Shown piece after piece: positions 49,975 through 60,972 of a DNA stretch of 64,000 nt. Under the pieces are notes generated by a model. That model saw only the letters and a program-made list of their open reading frames with translations, ran no database searches and was not told the origin of the DNA. Position numbers and translations under genes: made by a program. This DNA is from an uncultured Spirochaetota bacterium. GTDB taxonomy: Bacteria > Spirochaetota > UBA4802 > UBA5550. Position 1 is the stretch's first letter. Every line of letters starts with the position of its first letter. The stretch is taken from assembly GCA_963827275.1 (NCBI GenBank), contig CAWHAA010000008.1, positions 384,001 to 448,000 on the forward strand, given 5' to 3'.

Positions 49975-50793
49975 CTAATGGGCCGCGGCCCTGCGCTGCC
50001 TGATCCGCTGTCTGATTTTTTGTTTCCGGACCTGCTTCCTGCCGATGTTCCTGTCGGCGCGCCGCTTCTTGATCTGCTTGATCCGCGCTTCGAACTGGCC
50101 GCGCAAATTTTTGTCGAGGCGCTTGAACCCGCGCGAATCCCTTAACTTTTCGAACCGGTCTTCCAGACCCTCGAGGTCACGTTCCCTCAGCGCCGTAACG
50201 GCCATCTTCCTCCGCTTGGCGAGTATCTCGCGGACAGCGCCCCGGTTCAGTGTGATGGAGTGGCCCTCCTTTATATATTCCCGCAGGTCGCGCCTGACCG
50301 CGCCATCGGCGACCGGGTGCACCATGATCTCGCCGGTCAGGACGTCCACCCGCGACCCGTCGCCTTCCGCCGAGACCCGGAAGCTGGTCCCCCGCACCGA
50401 GGCGACCTGCGTGTTCGTTCTGACCTGGTAGGTTTCGCCTTTCACGAGCTTGGCAAGCATCACCAGTACGCTCCCGGCCGACAGGTCGAGGTCGGCATCA
50501 TCGGCGTGTTTCGCAAGCATGGCCACGGCCACCTTCGAGCGCTCCTGCACGCGGACCAGGCCACTGTCCCCGAACGATATGTCGGCCATGGCGCCCCTGC
50601 CGGTGAGTATGGTCTCCCCGCCTGACAGCGGCATGTCGGGGGCGGCGGCCGACGTCTTTCCGGCAGTGACGATTTTCACGTCGCCCACGACCATTGCCAC
50701 CGTGTAGCGGGCCTCGCCGCGGGCCTGCGCCGCAGCCATGATAAGGAGCGGCAGTGTGATCAGCAGCGTGAAACCATTTTTCATCCGTCTCAT
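49975..50793 (-). CDS. FecR-domain secreted protein
   Basis: Signal peptide; G.V...G.TI.TG; VRTNTQVASVRGTSF; basic tail. Confidence 0.82.
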   Translation of the reverse strand: MRRMKNGFTLLITLPLLIMAAAQARGEARYTVAMVVGDVKIVTAGKTSAAAPDMPLSGGETILTGRGAMADISFGDSGLVRVQERSKVAVAMLAKHADDADLDLSAGSVLVMLAKLVKGETYQVRTNTQVASVRGTSFRVSAEGDGSRVDVLTGEIMVHPVADGAVRRDLREYIKEGHSITLNRGAVREILAKRRKMAVTALRERDLEGLEDRFEKLRDSRGFKRLDKNLRGQFEARIKQIKKRRADRNIGRKQVRKQKIRQRIRQRRAAAH

Positions 50794-50830
50794 GTCAGTT
50801 GTCCTCCCGGCGATAAAATTGTACGGCGTA

Positions 50831-51955
50831 TCAGTAGGTGAACATCGCGCTGATGCTGACCCCGTGGTTCCAGAAGGATGTGCCGAGGCTCGAAAGCTGC
50901 ATGAAGGGATTGGCGTTCCCTCTTCTGCGCAGTATCGCCAGCGACAGGACTTCCATGATCTTTCGTTTCGTCGGGTCCATTTTCGGGGCCATGTAGTACT
51001 CCGGCGCGTATGAAGATGATATCAACACCCAGTCAAAAAGATTGAAGGTCACGCCAATGTCGCCGCCGGCGATGATGTAGTCTTCCTTGTCCTTCCCGGC
51101 GGTAATCCCCGCCTGGAGCGCGAAGTATCGGCACGGCTCGGAATAGAGCCCCAGCCTTCCCGTGTGCGTGTAATAGCGGGTATGGTGGTACTGGTAGTCC
51201 TCCGGAACATACTCGAAAATACTTTCACTGTACTGGTATTTCGCGTCAATGCTCGTGGTCTCGTGGACGAACCAGCTGAGCTCGGGGTACACGGTCAGGT
51301 CCTCGAAGCGGGTGAGGCGCCGTTTTGTGAAGTACTGGTGGCGGACCCAGAGGCCGAGCGCGGTATATGACTGCAGCATTGTCATGGTCCTGTCCAGCCG
51401 GTCGTCGGACTTGAAATGGTACTCGGTCCTGCTTTTTGCCGCCGTGGCCCCTATGGTCACCACGTCGAAATCAAGGAGGAAGCCGGCGATCCCCTCATGC
51501 GAGCGGTAATAGTGCGTTTTGTCACCCGTTGAATAATAATATTCGCCGAAGAGCTCGATCGTCCGGTGCGGCATGAGCGAAAGCGCGAGCTTCGGCTGCG
51601 TGAAGTTCACGGTCTCGAATTCGCCCTCACCGTCGGTGATCTGGTAATCCTGGAAGCGGGACACGCCCGCGGTGAAGCGCACGTACGTGTGCTTCAGGTA
51701 GAGGTTGGCGAACGGCTGATAGTAGAAGCTCTTCGATGAAACGCCGTCCGAGTAGCTGCCCTGGACGCCGGCGTCGAAGCCGAATATGTCCGAACCGGGC
51801 TTTTCGACCGGCCTGTCCTGAAGGGCGGGCCGGTCACCGGTGCCGGCCGTGTCATTGTCCCCGGCACGGGCCGACTGCGCCGGCGCAACCCAGATCATTA
51901 TGGTGAACACCGCGCCCAGGGCCCCGCCCAGGCGCACACATTCCCGGACCGTCAT
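50831..51955 (-). CDS. Putative outer-membrane beta-barrel protein
   Basis: Signal peptide; Tyr/Phe-rich alternating strands; C-terminal SAMFTY. Confidence 0.6.
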   Translation of the reverse strand: MTVRECVRLGGALGAVFTIMIWVAPAQSARAGDNDTAGTGDRPALQDRPVEKPGSDIFGFDAGVQGSYSDGVSSKSFYYQPFANLYLKHTYVRFTAGVSRFQDYQITDGEGEFETVNFTQPKLALSLMPHRTIELFGEYYYSTGDKTHYYRSHEGIAGFLLDFDVVTIGATAAKSRTEYHFKSDDRLDRTMTMLQSYTALGLWVRHQYFTKRRLTRFEDLTVYPELSWFVHETTSIDAKYQYSESIFEYVPEDYQYHHTRYYTHTGRLGLYSEPCRYFALQAGITAGKDKEDYIIAGGDIGVTFNLFDWVLISSSYAPEYYMAPKMDPTKRKIMEVLSLAILRRRGNANPFMQLSSLGTSFWNHGVSISAMFTY

Positions 51956-52224
51956 TTTTTTCCTCCCTTCGTGTTACCATGCTGACTGCCCTGTAGCCGG
52001 CCGTTACAACAGGAGTAGTGCAGAATATCGAATTTTTCAATCCATTTTTTCCGGCCGTCGGGCCAACATGCTACAGCTTCCCCGCGGCATGTCCGGGAAA
52101 AAATGAATTGACTCATTTCAGCCCGGGCCTTTTCTTAATACCGATATAACTGCGCATGCGCGCCTCCCGGGCCCCGATATCCCGCCCGCGGCCGCCGCCA
52201 TAATCACGCACCGGAGCGATTCAC

Positions 52225-54303
52225 ATGCTTACAGACGCGAATTTTCTGCTTGAGCTGGGGACCGAGGAGATACCCGCCGGTTACCTGCCGCCCGCGATCG
52301 AGGCGATAAAAAAAGCCTTCACCGACAGCCTGACCGCCGGCCGCATCGGCTTCGACCGGGTCGAGGCGTACGCGACGCCGCGCCGCACCGCAGTGCTCAT
52401 AACCGGGCTTGCGGCGGCGCAGCGCGAGGAAGAGGTGGAGCTGAAGGGCCCGTCGGTGAAGGCGGCGTACGATGCGGCCGGGAAGCCGACGAAAGCGCTT
52501 GAAGGCTTCATCAAGGGCAACGGGATCACGGCAGAGGACGTCTTCTCGAAAGAATCGGAGAAGGGCGCCTACCTGTTCGCAAAAAAGAGGCTCGATGCGA
52601 AGAAGACCGCAGACCTGCTCCCCGGGATCATCTCGCAGATCGTCGGCGCCGTCCCCTATCCAAAGAGGATGCGGTGGAGCGACAAGTCCGTCACCTTCCC
52701 GCGGCCGATCCGGTATTTCCTGATCCTGTTCAACGACAGGGTCGTTCCCTTCGAGATTGACGGCATCGCATCATCAAACAGGACGCGCGGGCACTACATC
52801 CAGCATAACGAGATGGTGGAAGTCGCTTCGATAAAGCAATACGGCGATATTTTAAAGAAGAACGGCGTCGTCATCGACCAGGACGAGCGGCGCGCGATGA
52901 TACGGAAAGAGCTGGCCGCGGCCGCGCAGAAGGCGGGCGGGAGGCTCCTCGAGGACGAGCCGCTCCTGGACACGGTGACCTACCTGGTGGAGCAGCCGGC
53001 GGTCTGCGCGTGCACGTTTGACCGCCAGTTCCTGAAGCTCCCCGACATCGTCCTCATCGCGGAGATGCGCGAGCACCAGAAATACTTTTCCGTGGTGGAC
53101 GGCAGCGGGAAGCTTACCGACACCTTCCTCGTCGTATCGAACAACCCGCCGACGGCGAACGTCAGGGCGGGGAACGAGCGCGTCATCACGGCGCGCTTCA
53201 ACGACGCGCGCTTCTTCTACGACGAGGACCGGAAGGTGAAGCTCGCCGACCGGGTCGAGTCGCTGAAGAGCGTGATGTTCCACAAGGAGCTGGGCTCCAT
53301 CCACGACAAGGTCGGGCGGATGCAGGCGATCGCCGATCATATCGGGGAGGCGCTCAAGCTCGACGGCGCCCTCAGGAAAAAAATTTCGCGCGCCGTGGCG
53401 CTGTGCAAGACGGACCTGATGACCGCGGTGGTGTTCGAGTTTCCCTCCCTGCAGGGGAAGATCGGCAGGGTCTACGCCCTCGAGGACGGCGAGGACGCCG
53501 ACGTGGCGGACGCCATGGAAGACCACTACAAGCCGCGCTTCAGCGGCGAGCCGCTGCCGGCCGGCATGACGTCAGTCGTCGTCTCCCTCGCGGAAAAGCT
53601 CGACAATATCTTCGGCTCCTTTTCCGTGGGCAACATCCCCAAGGGCTCGGCCGACCCGTACGCGCTGCGGCGACAGTCGAACGCCATCGTCGAGCTCCTT
53701 ATCAAGAATGAAATCAACCTGGAGATGAACGGCCTTCTCGGTTCCGTGGCGAAAAACTACCGCGGCGGGGAGGGCCTGGTCGGCAAGATCGTCGAGTTCA
53801 TCGCCGTGCGGGCGAAGACGATCTTTTCCGAAAGCGGCCTCTCGCACGACGAGATCGACGCCTGCCTCTCCACCGGCCTCTCCGATTTCCTGGAGCTCTT
53901 CCGCCGCGCGAAGAGCATCAGCGATTTCAGGAAGAACGAAAAGTTCTCGCAGATGCTCTTAAGCTTCAAGCGGATGAACAACATCGTGTCCGCGTTCCGG
54001 AAAGAGAACAGGGACTACCCGCTCTCGACCGATCCCTCCCTGTTCGGCTGCGAGGAGGAGAAGGAGCTGCACCGCTTTTTCGACTCCCGCGCTGACGCCA
54101 TTGACCGGTGCATAGCCGGCAGCAATTACCTGGAGCTCTTCGGGCTCCTCATCGAGGGCAAGCCGATCATCGATAATTTCTTCGACACGGTCCTGGTCAT
54201 GGACAAGGACGTCAAACTGCGGGACAACAGGCTCGCGACGCTCGAGGGGATCCTGAAGCATTTTACCTCCCTGATGGATTTCTCGAAGATCGAGGACCGG
54301 TGA
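52225..54303 (+). CDS. glyS: Glycine--tRNA ligase beta subunit
   Basis: LLELGTEEIP, ATPRR, EHQKYF, EFPSLQG, GSADPYALRR. Confidence 0.96.
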   Translation: MLTDANFLLELGTEEIPAGYLPPAIEAIKKAFTDSLTAGRIGFDRVEAYATPRRTAVLITGLAAAQREEEVELKGPSVKAAYDAAGKPTKALEGFIKGNGITAEDVFSKESEKGAYLFAKKRLDAKKTADLLPGIISQIVGAVPYPKRMRWSDKSVTFPRPIRYFLILFNDRVVPFEIDGIASSNRTRGHYIQHNEMVEVASIKQYGDILKKNGVVIDQDERRAMIRKELAAAAQKAGGRLLEDEPLLDTVTYLVEQPAVCACTFDRQFLKLPDIVLIAEMREHQKYFSVVDGSGKLTDTFLVVSNNPPTANVRAGNERVITARFNDARFFYDEDRKVKLADRVESLKSVMFHKELGSIHDKVGRMQAIADHIGEALKLDGALRKKISRAVALCKTDLMTAVVFEFPSLQGKIGRVYALEDGEDADVADAMEDHYKPRFSGEPLPAGMTSVVVSLAEKLDNIFGSFSVGNIPKGSADPYALRRQSNAIVELLIKNEINLEMNGLLGSVAKNYRGGEGLVGKIVEFIAVRAKTIFSESGLSHDEIDACLSTGLSDFLELFRRAKSISDFRKNEKFSQMLLSFKRMNNIVSAFRKENRDYPLSTDPSLFGCEEEKELHRFFDSRADAIDRCIAGSNYLELFGLLIEGKPIIDNFFDTVLVMDKDVKLRDNRLATLEGILKHFTSLMDFSKIEDR

Positions 54304-54324
54304 GGACCGGACCGGGGATGGGCC

Positions 54325-55002
54325 ATGTTTGATCCTGACGCGAAGAAGACGGTATTCACCTATATAAAGGCGTTCGTATACCTCGCCAGGTCGTTTTTCC
54401 ATTACCACCTCTCGTTCAAGAAGAAGTTCGTCCGTATCGGCGGCCATCCGGACGTCTGGGGGATCTGGAACGTCGTGGTGTACGGCCCCAACATCAGCAT
54501 CGGCTCCGGAGTGATCATCGTCGCCGCGGACGGCCACCGCACGAACATCTCGTCGATCAAGATGGGCGGCATCGAGGGGCGCATCGACATCGGGAACAAT
54601 GTGCTCGTCATGAACGGGGTGCGGATCAGCTCCGCCAGCTCCATCACCATCGGCGACGGGTGCATGCTGGCCAATTTCTGCTACCTCACCGATTCCGACT
54701 GGCACGATATCCACGACCGGACCAGCGCGCCCGGGGCGTGCGCGCCCATCGTGCTCGAACGGGGCGCGTGGATCGGCGATTCCGCGATCGTGTGCAAGGG
54801 CGTGCGCGTGGGCGAGAATTCGATCGTGGGGGCCGGCGCCGTGGTCACCAGGGACGTGCCCCCCAATGCGGTCGTTGCCGGCAATCCGGCGCGCGTGGTC
54901 AAGAAGCTTGACCCGGAAAAGATCATCCTCATGGGCGAGTGGGAGAAGAAGCGGCTGCTGCGGCAGGAACCGATAACTATCATGCGCAGGGAGCGCCGAT
55001 GA
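54325..55002 (+). CDS. Hexapeptide-repeat acyltransferase
   Basis: TDSDWH, AWIG, VGAGAVVTRDVP...AGNPARVVK. Confidence 0.9.
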   Translation: MFDPDAKKTVFTYIKAFVYLARSFFHYHLSFKKKFVRIGGHPDVWGIWNVVVYGPNISIGSGVIIVAADGHRTNISSIKMGGIEGRIDIGNNVLVMNGVRISSASSITIGDGCMLANFCYLTDSDWHDIHDRTSAPGACAPIVLERGAWIGDSAIVCKGVRVGENSIVGAGAVVTRDVPPNAVVAGNPARVVKKLDPEKIILMGEWEKKRLLRQEPITIMRRERR

Positions 55003-56237
55003 ACTCGGAACGTCCCCTCACCATATGCCTCCTCTGCTACCGGGGGAACCCCTACTCGGGCGGCCAGGGGATCTACCTCAAGTACATAGCCGACGAGATG
55101 GTGCGCCAGGGCCACGAGGTCCACGCGATCGTGGGGCCGCCCTATCCCTTTCCCATGAAGGGCGTCACGCTGCACAAAATCCACAACAACCAGTATTTCG
55201 TCCGGAAAAAGTTCGACATCATCGAGCGTGGCGATCCGTTCGGCATATTCAGGCCGCTCAATTTCTACGAGTACCTTGCCAGCCGCACCGGCGCCTTTTC
55301 GGAGATCAGCACCTTCGGGTGGCGCGCCTATATGCTGCTCCGCGAGCTCCACGCGCGGCACGGCTTCGACGTGATACACGACAACCAGTCGGTCGGCTAC
55401 GGCCTCCTGATGATGAAGGCCTTCGGCGTGCCGGTGGTGGCCACCATCCACCATCCCCTCTCGATCGACCTCGTCAACGTGCTCGAGCGGACGCAGAAGT
55501 TCAAAAACAAGCTCAAGACCGCGATGTTCTACCCCACGATGATGCAGTCCATCGTGTCGAAGCGGCTTGACCACATCATCACCGTGTCCGAGGACTCGAA
55601 GAGAATGATCAACCGCGACTTCGGCGTGCCGATGGAGAAGCAGACGGTGGTGTACAACGGCATTGACCGGAGCGTGTTCAGGCCGCTGACCGGCGTGAAG
55701 AAAAAAACAGGAAAGATCATCTTCGTCGGCAACGTGGAGGACGGCAAGAAGGGCTTTGTCTATTTATTGAAGGCGATGCCGCTCATAGACCGCCGGGTCA
55801 GGCTCACCGTGGTGGACGGCGGCGCGCCGCACCACAAGGTGACCGACCGGCTGATGGCCTCGCTCGGCCTGGAGGGCCGTGTCGAGTTCACCGGCAAAAT
55901 GACGACCGGGGATCTGGTGCGGCACTACGGCGAGTCGGAGATCGCGATCGTGCCGTCCGTGTACGAAGGGTTCGGGCTCCCGGCCGCGGAGGCGATGTCG
56001 TGCGGCGTGCCGGTCGTGTCGAGCGACGGCGGCGCGCTCCCGGAGGTGGTGGGCGGCGCCGGCATCGTGGCACCCGCACGCGACCACGAGGCGATCGCGA
56101 AGGCGGTGAACACCCTTTTCGCCGACCGCGCCCTCATGAAGGAGATGGGGCAGGCCGGCATCGAGCGGGTGAAGGAGCACTTCAACTGGGAAAAGGCGGT
56201 GCGGGAGATAGTCGCGGTGTACCGGCGGTTTATCTGA
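54999..56237 (+). CDS. Glycosyltransferase family 4
   Basis: SGGQG, EGFGLPAAEAMSCGVPVV; ATGA overlap with the acyltransferase. Confidence 0.92.
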   Translation: MNSERPLTICLLCYRGNPYSGGQGIYLKYIADEMVRQGHEVHAIVGPPYPFPMKGVTLHKIHNNQYFVRKKFDIIERGDPFGIFRPLNFYEYLASRTGAFSEISTFGWRAYMLLRELHARHGFDVIHDNQSVGYGLLMMKAFGVPVVATIHHPLSIDLVNVLERTQKFKNKLKTAMFYPTMMQSIVSKRLDHIITVSEDSKRMINRDFGVPMEKQTVVYNGIDRSVFRPLTGVKKKTGKIIFVGNVEDGKKGFVYLLKAMPLIDRRVRLTVVDGGAPHHKVTDRLMASLGLEGRVEFTGKMTTGDLVRHYGESEIAIVPSVYEGFGLPAAEAMSCGVPVVSSDGGALPEVVGGAGIVAPARDHEAIAKAVNTLFADRALMKEMGQAGIERVKEHFNWEKAVREIVAVYRRFI

Positions 56238-56676
56238 GAGATCCCGGCATGGATTCGACATAGGCCTTTATCTCGTCCCGCACGCGGCGATAGTGGACCA
56301 TTGCCTCCTCCTCCGATGCCGCGTGTTTCGCCAGCTCCGGCGGATCGTCGAACCCGCGGTGAATGAATTTTGCGTTGCCGCGGAAAAAGGGGCAGGTTTC
56401 CGACTCGCCGCCGCACAGCGTGACGACGTAATCCAGTCTCATACCGCCGAATTCATCATCATGCTTCGATCGCTGTCCCGATATATCGATCCCGATTTCG
56501 GCCATGGCCCTGACGGCCAGCGGGTCGAGGCCCGCCGGCCTGCTGCCGGCAGAATACGCCTCGATGATATCGCCCTTCAGGGACCGGGCCAGCCCTTCGG
56601 CCATCTGGCTGCGGCAGGAATTCCCGGTGCAGAGGAAGAGTATTTTCAGCTTTTTATCAGTCATGTGAAGAATCAT
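56230..56676 (-). CDS. arsC: Arsenate reductase (LMW-PTP type)
   Basis: [24 protein letters not shown]. Confidence 0.93.
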   Translation of the reverse strand: MILHMTDKKLKILFLCTGNSCRSQMAEGLARSLKGDIIEAYSAGSRPAGLDPLAVRAMAEIGIDISGQRSKHDDEFGGMRLDYVVTLCGGESETCPFFRGNAKFIHRGFDDPPELAKHAASEEEAMVHYRRVRDEIKAYVESMPGSLR

Positions 56677-57719
56677 CCACCGAAATAGTTCTTTTTAAAA
56701 TACAGCGCCACGTTCACCAGGCCGATCATGACGGGCACCTCGACCAGCGGGCCGATGACCGCGGCGAAGGCGGCGCCGGAATTGATGCCGAAGACCGCCA
56801 CTGCCACGGCGATGGCAAGCTCAAAGTTGTTGCTCGCGGCGGTGAATGAAAGGGTCGTCGCAACCGGGTACCCGGCGCCTATCTTTTTACTCATGTAGAA
56901 GCTTACCAGGAACATCACGACAAAATAGATGAGCAGCGGAATGGCGATCCGCACGACATCGAGCGGGATCTTTACGATGTACTCGCCCTTCAGGCTGAAC
57001 ATGACCAGGATTGTAAATAAAAGCGCGATGAGCGTGATGGGACTGATTTTCGGGATGAATTTTGTCTGGTACCATTCCTTGTTTTTCAGCTTGATGAGCG
57101 CGAACCGGGTTATGATGCCGGCAATGAAGGGTATGCCCAGGTAGATAAAAACGCTCTTTGCGATCTGCCCTATGGTGATGTCCACAACGCTGCCCGTGAG
57201 CCCGAAGAGCGGCGGCAGCACGGTGATGAAAAACCACGCATACACGCTGAAGAACAGCACCTGGAAGATGCTGTTGAAGGCTACGAGACCGGCCGCGTAT
57301 TCAGTGTCGCCCTTGGCAAGGTCATTCCACACGATCACCATGGCGATGCAGCGCGCCAGACCTATCATGATGAGGCCCACCATGTATTCGGGATAACCGC
57401 TCAGGAAGGTGATGGCGAGAAAAAACATGAGCACCGGCCCGACAAGCCAGTTCTGAATAAGGGAAAGCCCGAGCACCTTCCAGTTTTTAAACACGTCGCC
57501 GAGTTCTTCATATTTAACTTTCGCCAGCGGCGGGTACATCATGAGGATAAGGCCGATCGCGATCGGTATGTTCGTGGTTCCGGACTGGAACTGGTTCCAG
57601 AAGGCGGCTGTTTCCGGAATGAAGTATCCCAGGGCCACGCCGATTGCCATGGCGGCGAAGATCCAGATAGTGAGAAAGCGGTCGATGAATGATAATTTAC
57701 TTGTTATTCCTTCGCTCAT
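56673..57719 (-). CDS. acr3: ACR3-family arsenite efflux transporter
   Basis: [38 protein letters not shown]. Confidence 0.95.
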   Translation of the reverse strand: MSEGITSKLSFIDRFLTIWIFAAMAIGVALGYFIPETAAFWNQFQSGTTNIPIAIGLILMMYPPLAKVKYEELGDVFKNWKVLGLSLIQNWLVGPVLMFFLAITFLSGYPEYMVGLIMIGLARCIAMVIVWNDLAKGDTEYAAGLVAFNSIFQVLFFSVYAWFFITVLPPLFGLTGSVVDITIGQIAKSVFIYLGIPFIAGIITRFALIKLKNKEWYQTKFIPKISPITLIALLFTILVMFSLKGEYIVKIPLDVVRIAIPLLIYFVVMFLVSFYMSKKIGAGYPVATTLSFTAASNNFELAIAVAVAVFGINSGAAFAAVIGPLVEVPVMIGLVNVALYFKKNYFGG

Positions 57720-57733
57720 TGCTTTTCTCCATG

Positions 57734-58432
57734 CTATGTAAGTTGTATCCCGAAAATATAGACCATGCAAAAATATATTCCCACGAGTATAAAGAGAGCG
57801 CCGGTGCCGCGGCGCGCCCACAATTCCATTCGCGACACCATGTTGAAAGCATTCGACAGGTAGTTGGCCCCGAAGGCCAGGATGAGCCCGAAGACCAGTA
57901 TCGGAAGCGCGGTGCCCGCGCCGTAGAGCAGGGGAAGGAGGAGAGGGGAGGCGTTGCGCACCGCGAGCGGGAGGAGGCTGCCGAAAAAGAGCGCGGCCGA
58001 CACCGGGCAGAACGCCAGGGCAAAGACGACCCCCATGATAAAGGAAGCGGCAAAAATATTTTTTTCAGCCAGCCGTCCGAGTCTTGATGAGTCGGTCCCC
58101 CTGCCGGCAGGGAGCCGCAGCAGGCCGAGGAGGAACATCCCGGCAATGATGAGGACCGGACCGAGGATCCTGTTCATGTAGCGCTGTAAAAAATTTGACA
58201 CGGAGGGGATAGAGAGCAGGCTTGTTACAAGAAGGGCGGCAAGGGCCGCATAGGCCGCCATCCTTCCCAGGAGATAGAGCAGCGAGCTGATGACGGCGGT
58301 CCGTTTTTTTGCGGCGTTTTTGCCGATGTACGACACCGCCGCGATGTTCGTCGCCAGCGGGCAGGGGCTGACGGACGTCAGAACGCCGAGCCACAGGGCG
58401 GCGATAATTCCGGTGGTCAATTCTCCGCTCAT
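57734..58432 (-). CDS. arsG: ArsG-family permease (CcdA/DsbD-like)
   Basis: [28 protein letters not shown]. Confidence 0.8.
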   Translation of the reverse strand: MSGELTTGIIAALWLGVLTSVSPCPLATNIAAVSYIGKNAAKKRTAVISSLLYLLGRMAAYAALAALLVTSLLSIPSVSNFLQRYMNRILGPVLIIAGMFLLGLLRLPAGRGTDSSRLGRLAEKNIFAASFIMGVVFALAFCPVSAALFFGSLLPLAVRNASPLLLPLLYGAGTALPILVFGLILAFGANYLSNAFNMVSRMELWARRGTGALFILVGIYFCMVYIFGIQLT

Positions 58433-58935
58433 ATCTGTTTTAAAAATCCGGCAATTTCATTTTTTATATAAGCGGTGAAAGACGGTTCGTCCCGGACCAG
58501 CTCCCATATCCTGTCCAGGTTTTTCCACCGGACCCGCGTGCCTTTTTCCGTATCGACGATAACAACCGACTTGGTAAAAAGCCTGAAGTCATCCACGAAA
58601 TGCCTGTTTTCGAGAAGCTCAATATTGACGGGGCTCCATGTTATCCTTTTTGAGGCAAGTTCCGCGGAAAAATTATCCCGAACTGCTGATGCGGTCAGGG
58701 CCTCTATTTTACGGCAGGTCGGGCACCGTGCGGTCGTGTGAAAATAATAGACCGTCAGGGCGCGCTCCTGTGCCGGGACGCCGGTGTCCGGCGTGGATTG
58801 GCCCGATGCCGGCGACACGCCCGCTGCGGCCGTTTCGTTCTTTGCGGAATTCCGCACCTCGGTTGCGACCAGGTAGATGGCGCTTGCCGCAACGAAAATC
58901 GATAATACTATGGTGGTGATTCTTCTTGCTTTCAT
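58429..58935 (-). CDS. arsF: ArsF-family exported CxxC protein
   Basis: N-terminal anchor; VYYFHTTARCPTC; WKNLDRIW. Confidence 0.78.
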   Translation of the reverse strand: MKARRITTIVLSIFVAASAIYLVATEVRNSAKNETAAAGVSPASGQSTPDTGVPAQERALTVYYFHTTARCPTCRKIEALTASAVRDNFSAELASKRITWSPVNIELLENRHFVDDFRLFTKSVVIVDTEKGTRVRWKNLDRIWELVRDEPSFTAYIKNEIAGFLKQI

Positions 58936-58965
58936 CAGAATATCCTTATTAATATGTTCTGCGCA

Positions 58966-59373
58966 TCAACAGGTCCCGGCGCACGGACCGCCCGCCTGCC
59001 CCGCGCCGGGAGACGGCTCTTCCATATGCACGATACGGTCACATAGTGAATTGACGATCTCATCTGTCGGCGTCGTCTTTCCCTTTTCAATGCCGAAATC
59101 GGTCAGGACATACGATGCCGGCGATACCCCTATGCGCTCCAGTGTCTTTTTCGCGCACATGGTCCCGCACCCGTCTATAGTGATGTTGAGTTCCGCCCCG
59201 CGCGCGGATTCAACGAATCCTGACAGGTCAGCACCGATACCCGCGAGGCAGGTCATGCGCGCGAAGCCCGCGTCGCGGAGCTTGCGCGACACCCGGTCCG
59301 CGATCTGGCCCACGTCGGCAGAGCCCGAGCATGAGTATAGCAGTTTTACGCCGCCGGAGCAACAATCAGCCAT
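58966..59373 (-). CDS. DGC-domain putative zinc-binding protein
   Basis: SCSG, MTCLAG, IDGC...CAKK. Confidence 0.85.
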   Translation of the reverse strand: MADCCSGGVKLLYSCSGSADVGQIADRVSRKLRDAGFARMTCLAGIGADLSGFVESARGAELNITIDGCGTMCAKKTLERIGVSPASYVLTDFGIEKGKTTPTDEIVNSLCDRIVHMEEPSPGAGQAGGPCAGTC

Positions 59374-59384
59374 GCTGCGACCTC

Positions 59385-59615
59385 CTATGATATAAGTTTT
59401 TTTATCTCTTCAAGGGAGGGTATCTTTCCCGCCACCTTGACCACGCCATCCTTGACCAGCGCCGGTGTGATCATGACGCCATAGTTGGTAATAGCGGTAA
59501 TGTCTTTGACATGATTGATCTGTGCGTCCACGCCCATCTCATCCACGGCCTGGCGCGTCAGCTCTTCAAGCTTCTGGCATTTGGCGCAGCCGCTGCCCAG
59601 TATCTCAAGTAACAT
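59385..59615 (-). CDS. Small thioredoxin-like redox-active disulfide protein (MTH895/ArsE-like)
   Basis: ILGSGCAKC, YGVMITPALV. Confidence 0.88.
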   Translation of the reverse strand: MLLEILGSGCAKCQKLEELTRQAVDEMGVDAQINHVKDITAITNYGVMITPALVKDGVVKVAGKIPSLEEIKKLIS

Positions 59616-59637
59616 GGGGTATCTCCTTTGTGTATAT

Positions 59638-60936
59638 TTAAAATAAAGAGCCGAAAATCATCCCTGACAGTGTCGCCATGATAACAACCAGTACCACGTA
59701 TACAGCGGTCTTTTGCCACCCGATAACGCTTTTAATGACCAGCATGCTCGGGAGCGAAAGTGCTGGACCGGCCAGCAAAAGCGCAAGCGCAGGGCCCTTG
59801 CCCATGCCGCTCCCGATAAGGCCCTGCACGATGGGCACCTCGGTGAGAGTGGCGAAGTACATGAATGCGCCGGATATTGCCGCGAAAAAATTAGCCCACA
59901 GGGAGTTGCCACCCACAGCCCAGGCGACCCATTCGTTTGGAATTACACCCTCTTTGCCAACGCGTCCAAGCAGAAAGCCCGCGATAAGCACACCGAAGAG
60001 AAGGAGGGGCAATATCTGCTTGGCGAAATCCCACGTCGAGACGAACCATCCTCCGGTTTCTCCTTTATCGGTGCTGGTGATGACCGAAAGGCCGATAGCG
60101 CCAGCGGAGAAAGCGAGGATGGGTTGTGACGGGATCGCGATCGAAAGAGCGACAACCGGCACGGCGGCCAGAAGCACCTTCCACCACTTCAACTCGAACC
60201 ACACGACCAGCACGACGGCGAAGAGTGCCGCTGATGCGCCGGTGATGATCCATTTGAGATTATATATTTCATACCAGAATCCGCTGGTTTCAACCGGCTT
60301 TCCCCAGTTGGCGAATACCAGGATTGCGATCATTGAAGCGAAGTAGATGATATTTTTCCAGAGCGCCCGCTTCACCTCCGGCTCCGGCATGTTCATGGCG
60401 GCCCTGGCTTTTTCAACTTCTTCCTTTCGATAAATAAAGTGCATGGCAAGGCCGATAACAACGCTGAAAACTACCGCCCCGACAGCACGCGCGATTCCTA
60501 TTTCAATTCCCAGGATCCTTGCCGTAAGTACTATGGCTAAAACGTTAATGGCTGGACCTGAATAGAGAAAGGCCGTGGCCGGCCCGAGTCCCGCTCCCAT
60601 CCGGTAGATACCGGAGAAGAGGGGGAGGACCGTACAGGAACAGACCGCGAGAATAGTTCCGGAAACGGACGACACGCCGTACGCAATGGCTTTGTTCGCC
60701 GTTGGGCCAAGGTATTTCATGACCGACTCCTGGCTTACAAAGACGGCAATAGCTCCGGCGATGAAAAAGGCCGGCACCAGGCAGAGGAGGACGTGCTCCT
60801 GCGCGTACCACTTGACAAGGTAGAGCGCCTCGAATACGGCGTTATCGAAGCGGGGGACCCCCACCGGCAGGTAAAACAGAAGCAAAAATGTTCCCGCTAT
60901 CCACAGCAATGGTTTCCATTCAGTCTTCCAGATCAT
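59638..60936 (-). CDS. arsP: ArsP/DUF318 permease
   Basis: LAVCSCTVLP, FLYSGPAIN, MYFATLTEVPI, LLLAGPALSLP. Confidence 0.85.
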   Translation of the reverse strand: MIWKTEWKPLLWIAGTFLLLFYLPVGVPRFDNAVFEALYLVKWYAQEHVLLCLVPAFFIAGAIAVFVSQESVMKYLGPTANKAIAYGVSSVSGTILAVCSCTVLPLFSGIYRMGAGLGPATAFLYSGPAINVLAIVLTARILGIEIGIARAVGAVVFSVVIGLAMHFIYRKEEVEKARAAMNMPEPEVKRALWKNIIYFASMIAILVFANWGKPVETSGFWYEIYNLKWIITGASAALFAVVLVVWFELKWWKVLLAAVPVVALSIAIPSQPILAFSAGAIGLSVITSTDKGETGGWFVSTWDFAKQILPLLLFGVLIAGFLLGRVGKEGVIPNEWVAWAVGGNSLWANFFAAISGAFMYFATLTEVPIVQGLIGSGMGKGPALALLLAGPALSLPSMLVIKSVIGWQKTAVYVVLVVIMATLSGMIFGSLF

Positions 60937-60972
60937 TGTCACTGTCTCCACTGTGTCATTATTGATGAAGTG

